Source: Dactylosporangium sp. NPDC049525
GTDB lineage: Bacteria; Actinomycetota; Actinomycetes; Mycobacteriales; Micromonosporaceae
Length of the DNA stretch: 24,000 bases
Assembly (NCBI RefSeq): GCF_040676755.1
Contig: NZ_JBFAPO010000056.1
Coordinates: 42,988 to 66,987 of the forward strand
Direction: 5' to 3'
The translations under genes and the position numbers were made by a program. Positions 14,542-21,524 of this stretch are shown one piece after another (within the stretch, counting starts at the first letter, position 1; each line of letters begins with the position of its first letter). Below the pieces are notes generated by a model. The model was given only the letters and a program-made list of their open reading frames with translations. It made no database searches and was not told where the DNA came from.

Positions 14542-14997
14542 TCAGGCGACGTCCATGATCTTGGTGGCGGCGCCGGCGAGGCCCTCCGGGTTGAGGACCT
14601 CGACCCGGTCGGCGAGGAACACCTCGACCCGGCCGGACCGGTCCCGGACCTCGACCAGTGGCACGCCCCGGTCGATGCCCATGGCGAAGCGTTCCGACGT
14701 GGTCGGCATGCGGCAGGTCAGCTTGCTGCCGCGGCCCATCACCACCGTCGAGCGGGCGGGTCGTTCCCGAACGGTCGACGGTGCGCCGCGCCGGGACGTG
14801 ACGAGGCCCTCCTCGCGCAGGATCGCCACCGCGCGGCGGACCGTGGTGAGGCTGACCGCATACCGGTCGCAGAGTTCGCGTTCGCTCGGCAGGGGCTGCC
14901 CGGCGGGATAGGTGCCGCGGTTGACCTCGTCCCGCAGGAGGTCCGCGATCTGGTGGTAGACGGCCGGCACGTGTCGCTGCACATTCACGGCGTCCAC
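14542..14997 (-). CDS. Small GntR-family transcriptional regulator (winged HTH plus a short roughly 70-aa C-terminal domain)
   Basis: VYHQIADLLRDEVNRGTYPAGQPLPSERELCDRYAVSLTTVRRAVAILREEGLV is a textbook GntR N-terminal domain. The start is uncertain, with in-frame GTGs at 14997, 14988 and 14982. The track ATG at 15060 adds codons with poor GC3 (agg, cat, gtt, ata, cca, ggt, aga). The gene lies 52 nt upstream of the WD40 gene on the same strand. Confidence 0.75.
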   Translation of the reverse strand: MDAVNVQRHVPAVYHQIADLLRDEVNRGTYPAGQPLPSERELCDRYAVSLTTVRRAVAILREEGLVTSRRGAPSTVRERPARSTVVMGRGSKLTCRMPTTSERFAMGIDRGVPLVEVRDRSGRVEVFLADRVEVLNPEGLAGAATKIMDVA

Positions 14998-15008
14998 TCT
15001 ACCGGTCT

Positions 15009-15024
15009 GTGGCCATATGGCAAC
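15009..15024. promoter_or_regulatory. GntR-type operator candidate (GT...AC-bounded palindrome)
   Basis: GTGGCCATATGGCAAC contains the perfect 10-bp palindrome GCCATATGGC (15012-15021) and has GT/AC termini. It lies in the 77-bp gap between the GntR start (about 14997, -) and the TPR start (15075, +). Confidence 0.45.
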
Positions 15025-15074
15025 ATGCCTGGCGGGGCGGTGCGGCGGGCGGGTGCGCATTAGACTCCGGCGCC

Positions 15075-16526
15075 GTGACAGCCCCGATCGACATTGCGGT
15101 ATCCCTCATGCGCGAGGGCAGGTTCGGCGACGCCGAAGCCGTCATGCAGCGTGAGGTGCGCGCGGCCACCGTGCGGCACGGCCACGGCAGCGCCGCCTGG
15201 GCGTCGGCGCAGTGCGACCTGGGCAACATCCTGCTCAACTGCGACCAGGTCGAGCGGGCGATCGAGTGCTACCGCCACGCGGTGTCGGTGCCCGCGCACG
15301 ACCACAAGGAGCACCTGACCTACCGGCTCAACCTGGGCCTCGCGCTGCGGATGGCCGGCCGCCTGGAGGACGCCGAGGCGGAGCTGCGCCGCGGCGCCGA
15401 GGACCGCCGGGCGTTCTACGGCCGCGAGCACGCCGGGTACGCGTTCGGCCTGGAACCCCTTGCCGACGTGCTGCTGCAGCGCGGCAACGTCCGCGAGGCG
15501 CGTGAGGTCATCGAGGAGGTCGTGCGCAACCTCTGGCAGAACGGCCACGAGCACGTCGCGTCGGCGCTGGCGTTGCGGGCCGAGGTCGTGCACGCGGCCG
15601 GCGCCGGCGAGCCGCTGTTCCACGGCGTGGAGCAGCTGCCGGAGGAGCCCGCGGCGATGCTGGTGCAGGAGGTGCTGCACCGCCAGGACCTGGCCGACCC
15701 GGCGGCGCACCGGGCCGTCCTCGCCGCGCTCGCCGCCACCCTGCAGGTGCGGCTCGGCGCCGACCATCCCGCCACCCTCAACGCGCTCGCCGCCCTCGCC
15801 AACGCCGGCCGTGACCTCGGCGACCAGAGCGGCCGCATCGACGCGATCCGGCAGGTCCTCGCCTCCCACGACCGGCAGGGCCGGGCCGAGGACGCGCTGA
15901 GCGCGGAGCTGGGACTGGCCCTGGCGTACGCCGACACCGGCGACGCGAAGGCGGCGCTGCGGGCGTACGAGTCGGCGTACACCAGGGCGCAGCGCGTCGG
16001 CCGTCCCGAGCTGGTCAGCGTGGTGCTGCGCAACTGGGGCCTGGCCCTGAACGAGGCCGGGCAGCCGGCCGCGGCCGAGCGGTGCCTCGCCGACGCGGTC
16101 ACCCAGGCGCAGCGCGGCGCCGACTTCGAGATCCTCGGCCGGGCCGGCGTCGCCCTCGGCATCTTCCTGCAGCACCAGTCGCGGCTGCCGGAGGCGCGCA
16201 AGGCCCTCGAGGACGGGCTGTCGGCGCTGGCGCCGGTGCACCCGGACGCGATCTCCGGGCGCGGGCACCTCGGCGCGGTGCAGGAGGGCCGCACCTGCGG
16301 GTGCGGGGACACGCCACGCGTGATCGCGGACGCGTTCCGCGACTTCGTCGTCCGCCGGCTGCCGCAGGACCTGCTGGAGCGCTTCGACGTGACGATCGCC
16401 GACGGCGACTTCAAGATCGACGTGCACCTGCGCCGCGAACCGAGCCAGGACGAGCTGGAACGCCTCAACGGCGTGGTCCAGTCCGCGCTCGCGGAGTTCC
16501 GCCACAAGCTGAAGGAGCAGTACTAG
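15075..16526 (+). CDS. Tetratricopeptide-repeat (TPR_10/12-like) protein with a small non-TPR C-terminal domain
   Basis: The frame is that of track ORF 15009..16526. A GTG at 15075 is the likely start, with the ATG at 15108 as an alternative. Repeated helical pairs are present: GDAEAVMQREV, LNLGLALRMAGRLEDAEAELRRG, LADVLLQRGNVREAREVIEEV, LGLALAYADTGDAKAALRAYESA, WGLALNEAGQPAAAERCLADA. The roughly 90-aa tail begins at CGCGDTPRVIADAFRDFV. Confidence 0.75.
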   Translation: MTAPIDIAVSLMREGRFGDAEAVMQREVRAATVRHGHGSAAWASAQCDLGNILLNCDQVERAIECYRHAVSVPAHDHKEHLTYRLNLGLALRMAGRLEDAEAELRRGAEDRRAFYGREHAGYAFGLEPLADVLLQRGNVREAREVIEEVVRNLWQNGHEHVASALALRAEVVHAAGAGEPLFHGVEQLPEEPAAMLVQEVLHRQDLADPAAHRAVLAALAATLQVRLGADHPATLNALAALANAGRDLGDQSGRIDAIRQVLASHDRQGRAEDALSAELGLALAYADTGDAKAALRAYESAYTRAQRVGRPELVSVVLRNWGLALNEAGQPAAAERCLADAVTQAQRGADFEILGRAGVALGIFLQHQSRLPEARKALEDGLSALAPVHPDAISGRGHLGAVQEGRTCGCGDTPRVIADAFRDFVVRRLPQDLLERFDVTIADGDFKIDVHLRREPSQDELERLNGVVQSALAEFRHKLKEQY

Positions 16527-16581
16527 AAGCGCCTTGCAACCGATCCGGCCGCCGGTGCGCACCTAGTGGCAGGGAGGTGCG

Positions 16582-17115
16582 ATGCCGAGCGGAGAGACCG
16601 AAGAGCAGCGCCAGTTCCGCGAGTACTTCACGGCACGCCGTGATGCGGTACGCCGTACGGCGTACCTGTTGTGCGGGGACTGGTACTGGGCCGACGACCT
16701 GACCCAGACGGCGTTCATGCGGCTGGCGGTGAGCTGGCGCAAGGTCCGCGACCGGGAGGCGCTGGACGGGTTCGTGCGCACCTGCCTGGTGCGGGCCTAC
16801 CTCGCCGACGTGCGGCGGGTGTGGCGCAAACGCGAACGCAGCGTCGCCGAGCCGCCCGACGTCACCGGCCACGCCGGCGCGTCGGAGGCGACACCGGGGC
16901 GGATGGCGTTCACCGCCGCGCTGCGCCGGCTGCCGCCACGGCAACGGGCGGCGCTGGTGTGCCGGTACTACCAGGACCTCGACGTCGCCGCGACCGCGGC
17001 GGTACTGGGGTGTTCACAAGGGACGGTGAAGAGCCAGACCGCGCGGGGGCTGACCAGGCTGCGGGAGCTGCTCGAGGCAGACGGTGAGCTGACGATGATG
17101 GAGGGCCTGCGATGA
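16582..17115 (+). CDS. ECF (SigE-type) RNA polymerase sigma-70 family factor
   Basis: ATG follows GGGAGG. Region 2 is RRTAYLLCGDWYWADDLTQTAFMRL. Region 4 is LPPRQRAALVCRYYQDLDVAATAAVLGCSQGTVKSQTARGLTRLRELL. Confidence 0.9.
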   Translation: MPSGETEEQRQFREYFTARRDAVRRTAYLLCGDWYWADDLTQTAFMRLAVSWRKVRDREALDGFVRTCLVRAYLADVRRVWRKRERSVAEPPDVTGHAGASEATPGRMAFTAALRRLPPRQRAALVCRYYQDLDVAATAAVLGCSQGTVKSQTARGLTRLRELLEADGELTMMEGLR

Positions 17116-18431
17116 GCCAGATGCGAGCACGGTTCGACGAGGCGGCCGACATCGACGCCCCACCCAGCCGGCTGTCCGCCGACGGGGTCTACGCCGCGGC
17201 GTTCCAGCGGCGCCGCCGCCGCACGACCGCCTGGACGGTGTGCGGGGCCGCGGCCGTCGCGCTGGTGGCCGCCCTGGGCACCGGGGTGCTGGGGGCACCG
17301 TCGGGCACCCCGACGCCGGCACAGACCCCCGACGGGCGCCCGCCGGGCGTGCGGGACGGTTCGATCGTCTCGATCGCCGCGGCCGACGCCGAGCACCTGT
17401 ACGCCAAAGTCTGGGGCTGCACCGGCAGCGGCGACGCGGCGCAGTGCACGCTCAACCTGGCCGGCTCCGACGACGGCGGCCGGACCTGGACGGTGCGGAT
17501 GCGCAACCTCGACGGCGACCTGTACGCGCCCGTGCCGGGGTCCCTGCTGCGGATCCTGGAGAAGGACAACGCCGACCCGCACGGCCCGAAGCTGCTGCAC
17601 GTGCCGTGGGTCAGCCGCGACGGCGGCCGGACCTGGGCCGAGGTCCACGCTGTGGCCGGCACGATGCCGCAGGTCCCGGCCGGCGGCTGGATCCAGTGCG
17701 CGGAGCCGCAACGGCTCGACGACCCGTGCGTGCTGATCGGGGTGGACCCGGTCAACGCCCGCTCGGCGCCGCTGGACACCCAGCCGGACGTGGCCGTCGA
17801 CGGGATCGTCGGCGTGTATCCCGGCGGCAGGCTCTGGGTCACCGGCCGGGAGCCCACCGGCGAGCACCGCCCGGCCGTGGCCGTCAGCAGCGACGGCGGC
17901 CGCACCTGGTCGGCGCACGTGTTCACCCGCGCCGAGACGGGCGAGGCACCCTCGGACATGTACACGTTCGCGTTGCCGGCCAGCACCGACGGCGTCACCG
18001 GGTACACGATCATCTCCACGCCGGATCCCACCGACAGCACCGGCGTCGGGCCGACGACCCGGGCCACCGCCGGGATCCAGACCCTCGTCTTCCGCACCGG
18101 TGACGGCGGGCTGACGTGGCAGCGGGTGCACCCGAGCCAGACGCTGCCGCGCAGGTACTACCAGGGCGGCGACGCGTACGTCGCCGCCGACGGCAGCCAC
18201 GTCGTGCTGGCCAGCAACGACCTGCCGTACCGCTGGTACACCAGCACCGACGGGGGCAACAGCTACCATCCGGCGAACCAGCCCGGCCTGGGTGGCGCGC
18301 TGCTGCACAAGGACGGCGCGCGGGTCCTGGCCGCCGCGCCGGGCGTGTACCTGGCGTTCGACGAAGATGCGCTGTACCAGTCGGCGGACGGGCTGCGCTG
18401 GACCCGCGACGTGATCCGGCCGGCGGGCTGA
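17112..18431 (+). CDS. Single-pass membrane protein with an extracytoplasmic BNR/Asp-box beta-propeller; putative anti-sigma or sensor partner
   Basis: The ATG overlaps the sigma-factor stop (ATGA, 17112-17115). The cytoplasmic N-terminus is followed by RRRRRTTAWTVCGAAAVALVAALGTGVLG as the TM segment. Five Asp-box motifs are present: SDDGGRTW, SRDGGRTW, SSDGGRTW, TGDGGLTW, STDGGNSY. Confidence 0.8.
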   Translation: MSQMRARFDEAADIDAPPSRLSADGVYAAAFQRRRRRTTAWTVCGAAAVALVAALGTGVLGAPSGTPTPAQTPDGRPPGVRDGSIVSIAAADAEHLYAKVWGCTGSGDAAQCTLNLAGSDDGGRTWTVRMRNLDGDLYAPVPGSLLRILEKDNADPHGPKLLHVPWVSRDGGRTWAEVHAVAGTMPQVPAGGWIQCAEPQRLDDPCVLIGVDPVNARSAPLDTQPDVAVDGIVGVYPGGRLWVTGREPTGEHRPAVAVSSDGGRTWSAHVFTRAETGEAPSDMYTFALPASTDGVTGYTIISTPDPTDSTGVGPTTRATAGIQTLVFRTGDGGLTWQRVHPSQTLPRRYYQGGDAYVAADGSHVVLASNDLPYRWYTSTDGGNSYHPANQPGLGGALLHKDGARVLAAAPGVYLAFDEDALYQSADGLRWTRDVIRPAG

Positions 18432-18440
18432 GCACCACGT

Positions 18441-18477
18441 GCGGCACGGGCCACCAGGTCCCGGTGGCCCGTGCCGC
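18441..18477 (+). terminator. GC-rich hairpin (15-bp perfect stem, 7-nt loop) after the Asp-box gene
   Basis: GCGGCACGGGCCACC (18441-18455), loop AGGTCCC, then GGTGGCCCGTGCCGC (18463-18477). It starts 10 nt after the stop at 18431. There is no U-tract, which is common in high-GC actinomycetes. Confidence 0.6.
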
Positions 18478-18485
18478 ATGATGGT

Positions 18486-19223
18486 GTGGTGCGAGTCGAG
18501 GACGTGACCCCGCTGACACCGCGCCCGGTGCGCCGCTCCGTGCTCGTGCAGCGCTGGCACGACCTCGCGTTCCTGCACTGGGCGGTGCCGCCGCAGGTCG
18601 TCGCGCCGTTCCTGCCCGCCGGCACCGTCCCCGACACCCTCGACGGGGTCACCTACGTCGGGCTGATCGGCTTCCGGATGGTGCGGCTCGGCCTGTTCAG
18701 CGGGCCGGGCCTGCCGTATCTCGGCACGTTCTGCGAGACCAACGTGCGGCTCTACAGCGTCGACGGCGAGGGCCGCCGCGCCGTGGTGTTCCTGTCGTTG
18801 GAGGCCGAACGGCTGCTGCCGGTCCTGACCGCGCAAGTGTCGCTGCGGCTGCCGTACAAGTGGGCCAGGATGCGGCTGGAGCAGGACGGCGACGTGATGC
18901 GGTACACCAGCCGCCGCCGCTGGCCAGGCCCCCGCCCCGCGGTGAACGCCATGGCGGTGCGGGTCGGCGCGCCGATCACCGAGCCGACGCCGCTGGAGCA
19001 CTTCGTCACCGCCCGCTGGGGGCTGCACACCCGCGCCTGGGGCCGCACCCTGCACCTGCGCAACGAGCACCCGCGGTGGCCGTTGCACCGCGCCGAGCTG
19101 CTCGACCTCGACGACACCCTGGTCACCGCCGCCGGCCTGCCGGCCCCGGTCGGTGCCCCGGCAAGCGTGCTGTTCTCACCCGGCGTCGGCGTCACCTTCG
19201 GCCCGCCGTCCACGCTGCGCTGA
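18486..19223 (+). CDS. DUF2071-family (YqjF-like) protein
   Basis: The frame is that of track ORF 18471..19223. The 18471 start lies inside the terminator stem, so GTG 18486 or 18489 is preferred. WHDLAFLHWAVPPQVVAPFLPAGTVPDTLDG...FCETNVRLYSVD...VVFLSLEAERLLPVLTAQVSLRLPYKWARM fits my recollection of the DUF2071 pattern. Confidence 0.65.
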   Translation: MVRVEDVTPLTPRPVRRSVLVQRWHDLAFLHWAVPPQVVAPFLPAGTVPDTLDGVTYVGLIGFRMVRLGLFSGPGLPYLGTFCETNVRLYSVDGEGRRAVVFLSLEAERLLPVLTAQVSLRLPYKWARMRLEQDGDVMRYTSRRRWPGPRPAVNAMAVRVGAPITEPTPLEHFVTARWGLHTRAWGRTLHLRNEHPRWPLHRAELLDLDDTLVTAAGLPAPVGAPASVLFSPGVGVTFGPPSTLR

Positions 19224-19321
19224 CCGACTGGGAGCGGCTGTTCAGCGCGTACGGGCCGGCCACCGGCACCGGCGAGCGGCTGGAGGCGCTCCGCCGCGGT
19301 GACCCGCACCCGTACGGGCGG
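19220..19321 (+). pseudogene. Possible remnant of the 5' end of a gene (about 34 codons with coding-like GC3 and no start codon)
   Basis: The frame beginning at CTG 19220 reads LTDWERLFSAYGPATGTGERLEALRRGDPHPYGR with almost every third position G or C. GC3 then collapses (cct, ggt, agt, agg, cgt, act, ttg, ggt, agg). The peptide resembles the W-x-x-L-x-x-A-Y-G...L-x-x-L N-termini of actinobacterial HEAT/immunity-like proteins. This call is weak. Confidence 0.25.
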
Positions 19322-19337
19322 CCTGGCACCGGTTCGC

Positions 19338-19365
19338 CGCGGGTGAGTAGGCGTACTCACCCGCG
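19338..19365 (+). terminator. Perfect 12-bp-stem hairpin followed by TTT
   Basis: CGCGGGTGAGTA (19338-19349), loop GGCG, then TACTCACCCGCG (19354-19365), followed by TTTGG. It lies between the DUF2071 gene and the next plus-strand gene. Confidence 0.45.
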
Positions 19366-19409
19366 TTTGGGTAGGCGCCCCGATCCATCGTCGGTCGCCG
19401 ATCGGCAGC

Positions 19410-20006
19410 ATGGTCGGCATGCAACGGATACTGATCGTGTTGATGGCCACGGCCGTGGGTGCCGCGGCGATGGGCGGCACCGCGGCGGCGGCGGCCCGGC
19501 CGCACGGGATCCCGGACCGGGTCATGCTGCAGCCGGCGGACCTCGGCGGCGAGCCGACCGGGCCGGTGGAGCCGGGGCTGGCGCATCCGCTGCTGCCGCA
19601 GCCGTGCGCGGACACCCCGGTGCCGCAGCCGGTCGCCAGCCGCAGCCTCGCCGCCGACTACGGCACCGGCCGCCGGTACCGCGTCTACGAAAACGTGGCC
19701 CGCTACCGGCCCGGCGGCGCCGTGGCGTACGTGACGGCGTTGAAGGAGCAGCTGGTGCGGTGCCGGGCCGGCGGTGACGAGGAGGGCTTCACCGCGCTCG
19801 CCGAGGACGTCAACGGGCCGGACTCGGTGCTGTTCCTCGGCACCTACGACGAGGGTGACCGGTGGGTGGCGTACGTCGCCGCCGCCGTCGGCCGCTACGT
19901 GGTCGTCGTCATGGTCGCCGACCCGACGGTGGGCGCCGGCGACCCCACGATCGCGAACGACATCGCCGCCGCCGCGATCCGCCGCGCCGCGGCCATCAAG
20001 GCCTGA
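19410..20006 (+). CDS. Secreted hypothetical protein (signal peptide, two Cys)
   Basis: ATG at 19410 or 19419. The signal peptide is MQRILIVLMATAVGAAAMGGTAAAAARP. The mature part has high GC3 and no motif I can name. Confidence 0.6.
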   Translation: MVGMQRILIVLMATAVGAAAMGGTAAAAARPHGIPDRVMLQPADLGGEPTGPVEPGLAHPLLPQPCADTPVPQPVASRSLAADYGTGRRYRVYENVARYRPGGAVAYVTALKEQLVRCRAGGDEEGFTALAEDVNGPDSVLFLGTYDEGDRWVAYVAAAVGRYVVVVMVADPTVGAGDPTIANDIAAAAIRRAAAIKA

Positions 20007-20137
20007 CCGCACCGGCGGGGGTGGCGGCCGCCGAGGGAGGGCCGTCACCCCCGCGCGAGCAGCGGGGTTGGCGGGCATCGAGGGGAGGCCGTCGCTTCCG
20101 CGTCGAGGGCTTGACGCGCCGGCCGGACGCGCGGCCG

Positions 20138-20293
20138 GCAGGCTCCGCGTGAGGGGCGGAACGTGCCGGCGACGATGACGGCCAGGCCGTCAGGCTCCGC
20201 GGGTGAGGCGGAACGCGCCGGCGACGATGACGGCCAGGCCGTCAGGCTCCGCGGGTGAGGCGGAACGCGCCGGCGACGATGACCGCCAGGCAC
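20138..20293. repeat. 52-bp tandem repeat x3 that re-copies the 3' end (last 15 codons plus stop) of the DMT gene
   Basis: - Copy C (20242-20293) is the real gene end, TCAGGCTCCGCGGGTGAGGCGGAACGCGCCGGCGACGATGACCGCCAGG...
- Copy B (20190-20241) is identical over the first 42 nt. Of the next 7 nt, one differs (G for C), and it is synonymous on the minus strand. Copy B keeps its own TCA stop.
- Copy A (20138-20189) is roughly 90 percent identical, and its stop is changed to GCA. Confidence 0.9.
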
Positions 20294-21084
20294 AGTATGA
20301 ACAGCGCCAGGTCCTGCATCGAGTGCGGGATGTCCTCGTGCAGCAGCACCGCGCCGAGCGCGACCGCGGTGACCGGGTTGGCGGTCAGGTCCGCGGGGTA
20401 GCCGACGCCGATCCCGTCGTGCTCGAACGCCACCTGCAGCAGCGCGACCCCGGCGATCGCGGCCGGCACCAGGACCGCGACCGCGATGAGCACGTCGGGG
20501 TGCAGCAGCGCGCGGGCCGCCTGCTCGTGCCAGGCGGCGCCGACCGCGTCGAGCAGGACCGCGGCGAGCGCGGCGCAGACCCCGGCGACGAGCCCGTACA
20601 CGGTGGCGGTCGTTCTCGGCCGGCGCCCTGCCGCGGCCGTGAGCGCCGCGGCGGCGAGGGCCGCGACGGCGATGCCCGCGGCCAGGACGTGGCCGGCGCC
20701 GAGCGGGTCGGCGTCACCCGGGTCGCCGATCACGACGAAGAAGGCGGCCAGTCCGGCGATGATCCAGGCGCAGGCGCGCAGCTGCGCGGCCGTCGGCGGG
20801 TGGCCGCCGAGCCGCCACGCGACGATGAGCGACACCGGCAGCGCGAGCACCAGGCACGGCTGGACGAGCACGACCGGGCCGGTGGCCAGGGCCGTCACGT
20901 GGAACGCGACCGCGACGACGTCCAGCGAGAGGCCCGCCAGCCAGCGCCGGTCGCGGGCCAGCCGCAGGACCCGGCGCAGGCCGTGTCCGGCCGGGTCGGC
21001 GTGGGCCGCCCGGTGCTCGACGGCGGTGGCTGCCCCGTATGCGCACGCCGCCAGGACCGCGCACGGCACCGCCACCACCAGCAT
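20242..21084 (-). CDS. DMT/EamA-like integral membrane protein (about 9-10 TM helices)
   Basis: Track ORF 20242..21084 has an ATG start after a G-rich RBS-like stretch. The product is hydrophobic throughout with short Arg-rich loops (LRRVLRLARDRRW, AAGRRPRTT). The superfamily call rests on overall topology and is tentative. Confidence 0.65.
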   Translation of the reverse strand: MLVVAVPCAVLAACAYGAATAVEHRAAHADPAGHGLRRVLRLARDRRWLAGLSLDVVAVAFHVTALATGPVVLVQPCLVLALPVSLIVAWRLGGHPPTAAQLRACAWIIAGLAAFFVVIGDPGDADPLGAGHVLAAGIAVAALAAAALTAAAGRRPRTTATVYGLVAGVCAALAAVLLDAVGAAWHEQAARALLHPDVLIAVAVLVPAAIAGVALLQVAFEHDGIGVGYPADLTANPVTAVALGAVLLHEDIPHSMQDLALFILCLAVIVAGAFRLTRGA

Positions 21085-21140
21085 CCGCCCACCCCCGGAT
21101 CACCGTGCCACGGGCGGCCCGGCGGTGCGCGACGTTCGGC

Positions 21141-21524
21141 TCAAAGGGTGATGACGATCCCGATGCTGTCGGTGGTGCGGTGCAGCAGCCGGTTGATCAG
21201 GTAGCCGATGCGGGCCGAGATGTACCGCCGGGCGATCGCCGCACGGATGCGGGCGATGCCCTCGGGGTCCTCGACGAGGCGGGCGGAGCCCTCGAACGAC
21301 GGCGCCCCGTCCGGCACCCGCCCGCGGATGTCGCTCGGGGCGAGCACGACGCGGCCGCTGTTGCGCAGGCGTTTCACCTTGCCCGACCCGGGTTCGGTGA
21401 CGATCAGCACCTCCCCGCCGTCGATGGCGTGCCACACGGCGGTCGACACCGGCCGGCCGTCCTTGCGGAACGTGGTGAGGCTGACCTGTTTACGGCGGCC
21501 GAGGATGTCGAGGCTGTTGCTCAC
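21141..21524 (-). CDS. PPOX-class (pyridoxamine-5'-phosphate-oxidase-like) probable F420-dependent protein
   Basis: The GTG at 21524 overlaps the upstream stop (GTGA, 21524-21521). The sequence VSNSLDILGRRKQVSLTTFRKDGRPVSTAVWHAIDGGEVLIVTEPGSGKVKRLRNSGRVVLAP is typical of the family. The rest of track ORF 21141..22004 is an in-frame extension that overlaps the upstream gene. Confidence 0.75.
   Translation of the reverse strand: MSNSLDILGRRKQVSLTTFRKDGRPVSTAVWHAIDGGEVLIVTEPGSGKVKRLRNSGRVVLAPSDIRGRVPDGAPSFEGSARLVEDPEGIARIRAAIARRYISARIGYLINRLLHRTTDSIGIVITL

Noticed and set aside
14998-15060. ATG 15060 as the start of the GntR gene
   Set aside because: The extra 21 codons have poor GC3 and would run across the palindromic operator candidate and the divergent promoter region. 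GntR domains normally begin a few residues before the conserved Tyr.
9312-19088. Long ORFs 9312..11078 (+), 11370..12515 (+), 11059..12537 (-), 12573..14375 (+), 15060..16562 (-) and 16968..19088 (-)
   Set aside because: Each is antisense to or out of frame with a gene that has strong domain evidence (GH92, WD40, TPR, sigma/Asp-box). Their products are Gly/Arg/Asp/Val-rich with no recognisable motifs.
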